Shown piece by piece: positions 6,659-14,902 of a stretch of 64,000 bases of DNA. Source of the stretch: Candidatus Kapaibacterium sp. (GTDB lineage: Bacteria > Bacteroidota > Ignavibacteria > Kapaibacteriales > Kapaibacteriaceae). The position numbers were made by a program, and so were the translations under genes. A model generated the notes under the pieces. It did not search any database and had not been told where the DNA came from. It saw only the letters and a program-made list of their open reading frames with translations. The stretch lies in the NCBI GenBank assembly GCA_044345485.1, contig JBIJAX010000003.1, forward strand, positions 2,426-66,425. Direction: 5' to 3'. How positions within the stretch are numbered: the first letter of the stretch is position 1; the number at the start of each line of letters is the position of its first letter.

Positions 6659-9652
6659 TCAACTCATGAGTTTACTTATTGTGCGCTGCATTGCTGGACG
6701 CAAGTCTTCTGGGAAGGGGCTGATGAGCCGGGTTAGATGCTTCCTCAGGTCTTCTGCATACTGACGCAGCTTCGGCAGTATCTCGCTGATCAAGATGGCA
6801 TCTGTGGGAAGCTCAATGTGCACCTTGCCGAGTCCTGCGAGCAGCGCTATGCACTCGGCTTCTTCCTGTGATTCACAGTCGAGCACAACGTCCGGACGTG
6901 CCCCTTTCCACGTTCGTACTCTCCACCCAAACATTGTTCCGTCCACTTCGGCACGCGTGATGCCAGATTCGAGCACAACTTCCCGACGGTTTGCTGCAGG
7001 CAGCTGGTTGATGTAGGGGGCGTACCAGGTCTTAAGTGGACGCAGCTTGTGGTCGCGCTCGAGTTCGTGGAGTAGGGTGTTTGTGAGGTGACGCACGTTC
7101 GATGGACGTGACCACCATGCGTAGGCAAAACGGTAGATCCATCGCTGCTCTTCGTCAGTGAGGCCAAAGACATCCTGCATAAGAAGGACGTCTAGTTTTC
7201 GGCGGTCTCGGCGGACAGTTTCCGGACGAATGGTGTCGCAAGAACTAGCGCCAAACTCGTCCGCTAACGTTGCAATTGCACGTCGCGTTAGCTGCTGTAG
7301 TGATGGGTCTGCAATCACCGAGAGAACAGCATCATCCGGGATGGGAAACTCCTGCGTATCGCGCACGGTGATATCAGCCACGTTGTCGGTAAGCCGCATA
7401 AGCTGACTAAAGAACAACCCGAGCGTGGAGTTCATCCATAAGGCCACGGCATCTCGCTGTGTGATATTTGCAAGCGTAACGCCAATGAATGCATCCGTTG
7501 CATAGGCATCTATGGAGTTAACGTGCACAATCCAGCGTCGGTGCTGCTGCTTTGGGATGATAAGGTGTGCGATCGACGGAGTAGGCACGTGCCACCATAC
7601 GCTGCGGTTGCGAATGCTTGGGCGCAGGTGAACGCCGTCGCGCTCAGCACGCTCAATGCGTGTGAGCACGTTGGTGCCCTGCATGGCATTGCGGTCTTCG
7701 GGTAGAAGCAGCAGACGTCTGTCTGATCGTGGAATGCCCATGATCGACTCTATATCATCAGCCGATGTAAGGATCGTTGCGTCTACCGTTGTTCCATTCT
7801 CGCGAGTGCGCTGCCAATACTCTGACTCAAGGTTATTGGTAGCGATATCGTGCGTATCAGGTGCAAAGATCTCATTCGCGCCGGTGCGCAAGCCCCCTCC
7901 TACATCTGCAATCGATGATAGGGGGCGCATGCGGTGCAGTGTTTTGCGGAGTACAGAAGAGAGCACATCAGGCGGAATAAGATAATCTTCCCATGACCCG
8001 GCATCGGTTAGATTGGACTGTGGAATCATGCGCACAACTGCTTCGTCGTTTACCTTGCCTCTATCCGATGCATCCAGATAAGCAATGAAGGCATCGAGAG
8101 ACTTCAGCCGTGCCTGCTCAAGGTCGCGTGATGCTTTCGATGAAGGGAAGAAGGCGGCAATCGGTCTGCGCAGATATACAAAGCGTGCCAAATGACTGTG
8201 ATGTTCTACTTCGGTCTTGCGGGCTACGATACAGCATACTCCTGCATCAGGTTCGGCAAGGGCCTCTACGTCGCTCATGATCACCCACTCGATAGCATAT
8301 CCGGCAGCTAAGGCCTGACGCATGGCAGTGTAGCGATCATCGTGCAGTGATGAAAGGGGCAGAAACAGTACAATGCATCCATCAGCCGCAATGGGCATGC
8401 GCTCCAGCAGGAGCCGCAGGCGATGTCGCTCCGTTATGTCTGCACTGGTAGCTACAACAAGATCCCATTGTCTGCGTGTTGCACGAGTTTCCCGCAGAAT
8501 CTGAACGTCTGCCGCAACGTCGAGTTTCCCTGATGCCCGCAGCACGATAGCACGCTCGTCTTCGCTGTTACGCGCATACACGCGGGCTTCGCACGGTGTG
8601 CTCTGTGCCATCAACATTTGGCGAACACTTGCCAAACCTTGGGTCTGACCAATCTCGAGCATGGAGATACGCTCGGGCGCATGATCACGCACGTGTACTA
8701 CCGCACGCAGGGCTAGGTCGAGCGCATCAATCGTTGGGACCGATGTGCGAGAAATGCGCGCACATCTTTGCAGGATTGCGTCGACGGCGCGGTGGAGTTC
8801 GTGATCTGTTAAGCGTTCTGGATCGAACCGGTGCAGGAAGTGAATTAGATCCGCAAGCGTCATCCGAAAGACTTCCTGCCTGTCGGGCAGCACGCGGACG
8901 TTTGCTACGCTGTGTGGAAGCATAGCGTAGCCCTTGCGCCGGGCTTGACGGAAGTACGCACCCACAAGGTCCAGCATAAGGTCCGAGCTGCGCGTCCCAT
9001 AGGGTATTGCCAGTCTATCAAACGCATCACGATTTCGCACGTGCATCAGCACATAGGCCAGAATGCTCGTGCCCAATCGCAGTGTGTACTCGCGTTGGTC
9101 GGCTGTAGGTTCTGTGCACGATGTAAGGTCATCAAACATCGACAGCACACGTTCCGAGAAAAATGCAGAGGCATCCCGTACTTGCTGCTGCTGGGGTATG
9201 GAGGACTCGATCGTAAGCCAGTTTACAGCATGTGATAGGGCGGCAACGAGCGACAGCTGCACGCCAGATGCCTTGGTGTCTTCAGCAGTGCGCACATCTG
9301 CCCCCTGCTGCCAGCCAACTACTTGTTCTTCGTCGGGCAGTCGCTTGGTAACAGCATCTGTGCGGTAGGTAACAACCCTACGAATATTCGTGAGGATGAA
9401 GTAAGGGCTCTGCACGCGCGAGGCAACAGAACGCAGTTTGTCCCGCGGAACATCGTCGAACGGACTTTCCGTGGGCTGAATGGCATCAATAACTGCCAGC
9501 ACAGTTCCATCTGCATGCTTGAGCATGAGAAAGGTGCCTTCTACACTCGTGAACTCTTCGATGGTAAGACGCTTAGTAGCATCAGCTGTGAGCTGCTGCA
9601 GACAAGATGTAAGCGTAGAACGCAGGATGTGGGATGTTTGGGCAGGCGACAT
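6659..9652 (-). CDS. type IIG/IIL restriction-modification-like (PglX/Eco57I-like) protein with degenerate catalytic motifs
   Basis: HsdR_N/PD-ExK-like N-terminus (VLAVIDAIQP ... SPYFILTNIRRVVTY). MTase motif I-like MLEIGQTQG. The motif IV position reads WDLVVATSAD instead of NPPY. TaqI_C-like TRD strings LSSIADVGGGLRTGANEIFA and NSTLGLFFSQL. All assignments are by eye, not by HMM. Confidence 0.55.
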   Translation of the reverse strand: MSPAQTSHILRSTLTSCLQQLTADATKRLTIEEFTSVEGTFLMLKHADGTVLAVIDAIQPTESPFDDVPRDKLRSVASRVQSPYFILTNIRRVVTYRTDAVTKRLPDEEQVVGWQQGADVRTAEDTKASGVQLSLVAALSHAVNWLTIESSIPQQQQVRDASAFFSERVLSMFDDLTSCTEPTADQREYTLRLGTSILAYVLMHVRNRDAFDRLAIPYGTRSSDLMLDLVGAYFRQARRKGYAMLPHSVANVRVLPDRQEVFRMTLADLIHFLHRFDPERLTDHELHRAVDAILQRCARISRTSVPTIDALDLALRAVVHVRDHAPERISMLEIGQTQGLASVRQMLMAQSTPCEARVYARNSEDERAIVLRASGKLDVAADVQILRETRATRRQWDLVVATSADITERHRLRLLLERMPIAADGCIVLFLPLSSLHDDRYTAMRQALAAGYAIEWVIMSDVEALAEPDAGVCCIVARKTEVEHHSHLARFVYLRRPIAAFFPSSKASRDLEQARLKSLDAFIAYLDASDRGKVNDEAVVRMIPQSNLTDAGSWEDYLIPPDVLSSVLRKTLHRMRPLSSIADVGGGLRTGANEIFAPDTHDIATNNLESEYWQRTRENGTTVDATILTSADDIESIMGIPRSDRRLLLLPEDRNAMQGTNVLTRIERAERDGVHLRPSIRNRSVWWHVPTPSIAHLIIPKQQHRRWIVHVNSIDAYATDAFIGVTLANITQRDAVALWMNSTLGLFFSQLMRLTDNVADITVRDTQEFPIPDDAVLSVIADPSLQQLTRRAIATLADEFGASSCDTIRPETVRRDRRKLDVLLMQDVFGLTDEEQRWIYRFAYAWWSRPSNVRHLTNTLLHELERDHKLRPLKTWYAPYINQLPAANRREVVLESGITRAEVDGTMFGWRVRTWKGARPDVVLDCESQEEAECIALLAGLGKVHIELPTDAILISEILPKLRQYAEDLRKHLTRLISPFPEDLRPAMQRTISKLMS

Positions 9653-9653
9653 T

Positions 9654-11003
9654 CTATCTGCGGACTAACGATGTTACACGTGTGATCAGTTCCTGTGCTT
9701 CGTCTTGCGTTGGTGCTTCAGCAATCACGCGAGCTATAGGCTCAGTATTCGATGCACGCACCTGCACCCATCGATCGGCCATGCCGATAAATACTCCGTC
9801 GAGCGTGGAGATTTCGGCGTCTGGAAAGGCCAACATGATGTCGGCAAATGACGCTGCTAATGCCTCGCGGCTCTCAAGCTCAAACTTGGTCTTGATCATG
9901 GCATACGATGGCAGCTGCGCGCATGCCTGGGACATAGTCAGGTTGTGGGAGCGGAGATACGACGAGATAACGCCAAGACCCACTAGACTGTCGCGTCCGG
10001 AATGACATGCCGGATAGATCACGCCGCCAGAGCCCTCGCCGCCGATTACGGCGCCCACTGATTGCATCTTGCGTACAACGTTAATCTCACCTACAGGAGC
10101 GCGATGACACGTAACACCGTACGAGGCTGCTACATCGTCCACAACGCGTGTGGTAGAAAAGTTTACGACTACGTCGCCCCGTTCACCACTGTCGAGTACA
10201 GCTTTTGTAGCCAGAGCGATAGTGCGTTCTTCGCCAATCGGCATACCGTGTTCATCAAACAAGACGAGTCGGTCTCCATCTGGATCGATAGCCACACCGA
10301 ACGCCGCATTGTGCTGACGTACTGCGTCACCAAGCTGCGTTAGGTTTTCGGTAAGGGGCTCGGGCGTGTGGGGGAATATTCCGGATCCATCGCAGAAGAG
10401 TCGAACAACCTCGTAGCCCATGCGCTCGAGCAGCATTGGTGCGCTTACAGAGGCGGAGCAGTTAACGGCATCTACCACTACGCGCTGTGCATCAGAGCGT
10501 GGGGCAGAGCGCACAGCCGGGATGTCGCAGACGCGGTCTACATGAAACATATCGGCATCATGCCGAAACACAACATGCCCATGCTGCTGGTCTGGAGATA
10601 ACGAATCTGGCGCAGGAGTATCAACTGCAGCCCACAGCCGTGCGTTTGCTTCTGCATCCAGGAAGACACCGCCGGCGTCGAGAAACTTTAGTCCGTTCCA
10701 TGGCGCGGGATTATGCGATGCAGTAATCGCAATGCCGCCTACGGCATCTGTGTGTTCGGTGATAAGCTGTACGGTGGGTGTTGTTGCAACATTGAGCACC
10801 ACAACTGGACGTCCGCATGCGCGCAGCGTACCAACAACGATGTCCTGCATCCACGCCCCGCTCGGACGTCCGTCTCTGCCAACTACGATAGCCCCCTGAG
10901 GGAGAATCGCGTGAAATGCCCACGCATACTGTGCCACAAGCGTTGGTGTTAGGTCGTTGCCGAGTGTTGCGCGAAGTCCGGAGATGGATCTAATACAGGC
11001 CAT
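9654..11003 (-). CDS. glmM: phosphoglucosamine mutase-like alpha-D-phosphohexomutase
   Basis: Active-site loop GIAITASHNPAPWNGLKF, metal loop AIDPDGDR, and N-terminus MACIRSISGLRAT like Bacteroidota-type GlmM. Start moved to ATG 11001-11003, because the track's upstream extension is Cys/Arg/His-rich and would overlap the next gene. Confidence 0.8.
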   Translation of the reverse strand: MACIRSISGLRATLGNDLTPTLVAQYAWAFHAILPQGAIVVGRDGRPSGAWMQDIVVGTLRACGRPVVVLNVATTPTVQLITEHTDAVGGIAITASHNPAPWNGLKFLDAGGVFLDAEANARLWAAVDTPAPDSLSPDQQHGHVVFRHDADMFHVDRVCDIPAVRSAPRSDAQRVVVDAVNCSASVSAPMLLERMGYEVVRLFCDGSGIFPHTPEPLTENLTQLGDAVRQHNAAFGVAIDPDGDRLVLFDEHGMPIGEERTIALATKAVLDSGERGDVVVNFSTTRVVDDVAASYGVTCHRAPVGEINVVRKMQSVGAVIGGEGSGGVIYPACHSGRDSLVGLGVISSYLRSHNLTMSQACAQLPSYAMIKTKFELESREALAASFADIMLAFPDAEISTLDGVFIGMADRWVQVRASNTEPIARVIAEAPTQDEAQELITRVTSLVRR

Positions 11004-11008
11004 AATGC

Positions 11009-12409
11009 TCAATGTTGTGGTGCTGTGCCGCAGAGTGCTTCGATATCTGCAGCAGTGCGTGCAAGAGTTGCAGAGAGGTTTACAGGACCCTCGGCAGTGA
11101 TGAGAATATCGTCTTCGATGCGCACCCCGATGTTCCACCATCGTTTGTCGCATGCCGAGCCAGCTGGAATATAAATGCCAGGCTCAACAGTAATAACAGA
11201 GTTTACCTGAAGGGGGCCGCCCGTACCAGGATCATGCACATCGAGTCCCAGATAATGGGATGTGCCGTGCATGAAGTAGTGCTTCACATCAGCAAGATCC
11301 TTGATGATACCCAGCTTTAGCAGCCCGTCGGCGATTACGGTTGTAGCTGCCGTGTGCGGCGCGCGGAAGGGGGCTCCGGCAACGGACGCGGCAATGCCTG
11401 CATCCTGCGCTGCCAGAACGAGGTCGTAGATCTGACGCTGCTCATCGGTGAACTTGCCCGAGAGCGGAAACGTGCGTGTGATGTCAGCCGTATACCCGTG
11501 ATACTCCGCACCGCAGTCTGCCAGCACGAGGTCGTTCATCGTTGTTGCACGTCTGTTCGCTGTGTAGTGCAGAATGCATGCATTGTAGTTAGAACCAACG
11601 ATCGATGGATATCCTACGTCTTCTGCTCCTCCGCGTTTGAAGCCATACTCCATAAGAGCTTCGAGCTCGTATTCCTTCATGCCTGGGCGGGCGCCGCGCA
11701 TGGTTGTGCGGTGACCCTCCATAGAGATCTCGATGGCTTTGCGGAGCAGACGCAGTTCTGAGGTGTCTTTTACTTCACGCATAGCGCGCAGAATAGACAT
11801 CGGTGTCTTGAGGATGATGGATGCGTTACGTTCCTTGACCCATTTCTTGAGCTCAGCATCGGCATACATGTTCTTGCCGGTAAGGGGCACCTGGAGCGAC
11901 TTTGTTGGAAGCGTTGAGTAGTGCAGGGTGTCAAGGCGCTGCAGCAGTGAGTCGAGAACTACTTTCAATTCTGTTGCAACTATTGCCGTGTCTACACCCA
12001 GATACTGCATGGCTTCAGTAGGACCCATGCTTACGCCCTGCCATACTTCGCGGTCCTGATTGCGCTTTGGAATAAACAGCACTTCTGTGTACGTGCGATC
12101 TCCCAATTGGATGCCACCGGGTGCGATCACGAGTGTTGTACCAGGCGTCTGACATCCAGTAAGGTAGAGCATGTCTGAACTTTGGCGGTATTCGTAGTCT
12201 ACATCGTTTTGTCTGTTGCGCACATCGGCAGAAAACACGATGGCCGCAGACCGTTGCGCAAGAGATGCTGCCACTCGCGCCCTGCGTTCTTTGTAGACGT
12301 GCGGCAACGGTAGGTCTGTATCGAACACCTCAAAGGGAAACGTCTGTGCTGGAGCATGCAAGCCCCCTACAAATGCTGCGAGCAAGGCAGCGACAAGTAC
12401 GCGTGTCAT
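11009..12409 (-). CDS. Xaa-Pro aminopeptidase (M24B), secreted
   Basis: Metal ligand motifs LADCGAEYHGYTADITRTF, HGTSHYLGLDVHD, VEPGIY, RIEDDI. Signal peptide from MTRVLVAALLAAFVGG (ATG at 12407-12409). Confidence 0.85.
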   Translation of the reverse strand: MTRVLVAALLAAFVGGLHAPAQTFPFEVFDTDLPLPHVYKERRARVAASLAQRSAAIVFSADVRNRQNDVDYEYRQSSDMLYLTGCQTPGTTLVIAPGGIQLGDRTYTEVLFIPKRNQDREVWQGVSMGPTEAMQYLGVDTAIVATELKVVLDSLLQRLDTLHYSTLPTKSLQVPLTGKNMYADAELKKWVKERNASIILKTPMSILRAMREVKDTSELRLLRKAIEISMEGHRTTMRGARPGMKEYELEALMEYGFKRGGAEDVGYPSIVGSNYNACILHYTANRRATTMNDLVLADCGAEYHGYTADITRTFPLSGKFTDEQRQIYDLVLAAQDAGIAASVAGAPFRAPHTAATTVIADGLLKLGIIKDLADVKHYFMHGTSHYLGLDVHDPGTGGPLQVNSVITVEPGIYIPAGSACDKRWWNIGVRIEDDILITAEGPVNLSATLARTAADIEALCGTAPQH

Positions 12410-12440
12410 GGGGCGCAAATTAGGCACGAAGTCCCCCAAG

Positions 12441-13172
12441 TCACACTGCAACACACAGGGTTGCAGCGTCTACACTTCGGGCTCCAGCTTCGATAAGGGC
12501 AGTTGCACAGGCATTGAGTGTAGAGCCGGTTGTGAGTACATCGTCGATAAGCAGGATGTGGGTATTCAGAATGCTATCGGGATTGGGCACTGTGAAGATC
12601 CCGCTTACGTTCGAACGGCGGTCTGCGTCGGACTTTGTGGTTTGCGATTCTGTGTATCGGTTGCGGATGATGCTTTCAGACGTAAGCATCGCCAGTCCGC
12701 TTCGCTCGCAGAAGCCCTTAGCAATTAGCTCTGCCTGATTGTAGCCCCGCTCACGTCGCCTGGCAGGGTGAATCGGCACGGGGCACACCAGGGTTTCTGG
12801 ATCTGGCGCAGATTGCATGCAATGTTCAGCGAGAACACGGCCGAGCGCAATAGCAAGGTGCGTGCGTCCGCCGTATTTGATGGCGTAGATCGCATTGTCG
12901 ATCGTAGATGTCTGCGAGAGCGCCCATACCGATGCGAATTGGGAGATCATGAGATCGTCCGCCTGTACATGACGCTGGATGAGGAGCTCGATCTCTACGC
13001 CACGTGGTGCAGGCTGATGAAACAGCAGCGCCGTGTCGATGACACCGGGTGCATAGGTAGGGGCGGTAGAAAGACGCTCGCCCGTAAGCAGACAATGCTC
13101 GGGGTAGAGCGTTGAGGCCAGAGCACGGCAGGCACTTCGCGCACTCTGGACCACCATGTCCAGAATGCACAT
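12441..13172 (-). CDS. comF: ComF family protein (phosphoribosyltransferase domain)
   Basis: PRTase motif LLIDDVLTTGSTLNAC, ComFC-like length (243 aa). The N-terminal zinc-finger cysteines are not obvious. Confidence 0.75.
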   Translation of the reverse strand: MCILDMVVQSARSACRALASTLYPEHCLLTGERLSTAPTYAPGVIDTALLFHQPAPRGVEIELLIQRHVQADDLMISQFASVWALSQTSTIDNAIYAIKYGGRTHLAIALGRVLAEHCMQSAPDPETLVCPVPIHPARRRERGYNQAELIAKGFCERSGLAMLTSESIIRNRYTESQTTKSDADRRSNVSGIFTVPNPDSILNTHILLIDDVLTTGSTLNACATALIEAGARSVDAATLCVAV

Positions 13173-13181
13173 GGAGATACC

Positions 13182-14246
13182 TTACGGTTGAAGAACAAAC
13201 TGTAGGCGCTCTTCGATCTCGCGTGGCAGCACCGGCTTTAGCTTATCTGGCAACAGATAAGAAGACAGTGCTGGGATATCATTAAAGATGCGCTGACGCA
13301 TCGCGGTCTGCATGAGGTATTCGTGACCGCTAGATCCGCCTGTACCTACACGCATACCGATCATCCGGCTTACCATCATTGTATGACGGTACCGCCACAG
13401 AGATACCAGTCTATCGAGTTCCACGATTGCCTCAAGGAAACGAGACGGGGCCTGCAGCAACGGACGATCTTGATACGCCGTAATGAATAGTACCGCCAGC
13501 GAGGCATTAAGTGACATTCTGCGTTTGCCCTCGGCTACGAGCTGATCGTACGATTCCTGATTGAGCAACGCCATAAGGCTTTCTTCATTGCGGTCTATCT
13601 GCGCCAGTGCCTCGGTTGGATCGGTGTTTTCTGCTTCACATAGGATAAGCACTTCTTTGCGATCGTTGTCCAGCATCTCACGTGCGGACTTGGTAAGCGA
13701 CGATAGAATTCCGAAGTCTCCCATCTGCAGAAATGGGATACGGGCAAGCCAGTTTTCGATCACAGAAAAGAGTGTTGATCCAGCAGTCGCAGTTTCAAGC
13801 TCCTGCCGGTGCTCTGGAGTGAGAGCTTCTGTATAGTGCTTGAGCACTCGCTGGTCTTCCTGTAGGCCTAGCTTGCGTTCTAAAATGCGCCATTGCAGAG
13901 ATTGAAATCCACTCGCTGGATTCAGATACGCTCGGAAGTTCATAAACTGCATCGGCGTCATCGTTTCCATGATGGAAAACTGATTGCACAGAAGGTCCAT
14001 GATCTTGTTTACTCGCTCAATGCGAGTTGCACACAGATGAATTGCTGATTCTGCAACAACCGGTTTATCTAGAAGGTCAATTACCGAGTTGACTTCGAAT
14101 AGCACTTGCTTGAACCACAGCTCAAAGGCCTGATGCGTGATGATGAAGAGCATTTCCTCATGAGCGTGGTCGTTTGCCTTGTCGCTCTCCAGCTCCTGTG
14201 CACTCAGGATCTTGTCCAGCCCGAGGTAGTCTGCGTAGTATACCAT
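13182..14246 (-). CDS. kynA: tryptophan 2,3-dioxygenase
   Basis: YYADYLGLDKILSAQ, SGFQSLQWR and GTGGSSGHEYL motifs typical of bacterial TDO; 354 aa. Confidence 0.85.
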   Translation of the reverse strand: MVYYADYLGLDKILSAQELESDKANDHAHEEMLFIITHQAFELWFKQVLFEVNSVIDLLDKPVVAESAIHLCATRIERVNKIMDLLCNQFSIMETMTPMQFMNFRAYLNPASGFQSLQWRILERKLGLQEDQRVLKHYTEALTPEHRQELETATAGSTLFSVIENWLARIPFLQMGDFGILSSLTKSAREMLDNDRKEVLILCEAENTDPTEALAQIDRNEESLMALLNQESYDQLVAEGKRRMSLNASLAVLFITAYQDRPLLQAPSRFLEAIVELDRLVSLWRYRHTMMVSRMIGMRVGTGGSSGHEYLMQTAMRQRIFNDIPALSSYLLPDKLKPVLPREIEERLQFVLQP

Positions 14247-14263
14247 GATGTCAGCTTGTGCGT

Positions 14264-14893
14264 TTAGAATTGTTCAGATGTGCGGAACACTGCCGTGCGG
14301 GCGATCATATCATGCAGGGCTTGCTTCTTGGCAGAGAGCACGAAGAAGCATCCGATTATGATGACCACTTCTACCAGCGACGACGCACTCGTGATGCCTC
14401 GCGCAAGGATGTCTGCTACCGGAAGCACGGCAATGAGCTTAAGAATTCTGTCGGAGATTTTGATCACGGTGCGCATGGCAATGATGCTTGGCTCAGCAAC
14501 AGCCCCATCTTCGCGTCCGATACGCAGCTTCAGTATCCGCTTCCCGATGGATGCTCCAGTAAAGGCTTCGATAGACCAATACAGAATGGGACTGATAAAC
14601 CCTGCGTAGAGCATCGAGACAAGGTAGGGGAGTGCTTCATTCATCACATCACGTGGGAAGCCAAATGCCTTCATGCTGGCTAGTAGCTCCTTCAGCGACT
14701 CCTTCATGAACTCCGTCTGTCCGGGTTGAATGGAGCTGATGATGAGCACAAGGGTTATCGTAACAAACCACAATGCAACCTGGTCGATAGCCCAAGCACC
14801 AAGGCGCAGACCAAAACCGACGCGTTTGTCTTCGATGGTTGGTTGGTACGACATAAATGGATTTGTCGAAGGGGGCTGTGGTATCTCGCTCAT
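14264..14893 (-). CDS. RDD family membrane protein
   Basis: RVGFGLRLGAWAIDQV N-terminal RDD-type segment, three TM stretches, C-terminal ALHDMIARTAV. Confidence 0.7.
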   Translation of the reverse strand: MSEIPQPPSTNPFMSYQPTIEDKRVGFGLRLGAWAIDQVALWFVTITLVLIISSIQPGQTEFMKESLKELLASMKAFGFPRDVMNEALPYLVSMLYAGFISPILYWSIEAFTGASIGKRILKLRIGREDGAVAEPSIIAMRTVIKISDRILKLIAVLPVADILARGITSASSLVEVVIIIGCFFVLSAKKQALHDMIARTAVFRTSEQF

Positions 14894-14902
14894 CTGATGT
14901 TC

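Noticed and set aside
6659-9652. Calling the 997-aa protein an active type IIG restriction-modification enzyme or a BREX PglX
   Set aside because: NPPY is replaced by ATSA and the PD-ExK-like E-x-K by D-A-I. No other BREX/DISARM components (PglZ, BrxC, BrxL, helicase, phosphatase) are in the neighbourhood. Only the scaffold resemblance is claimed.
9654-11153. Long N-terminal extensions given by the ORF track. Examples: 9654-11153, 11009-12454, 17449-20007, 22112-23209, 42285-43691, 28975-30345, 30483-31220, and TTG starts at 20438 and 50881.
   Set aside because: The extensions are compositionally odd (Cys/Arg/His-rich) or overlap the upstream gene. Internal ATGs give canonical N-termini or signal peptides and sensible spacing, often with an SD or a -7 box.
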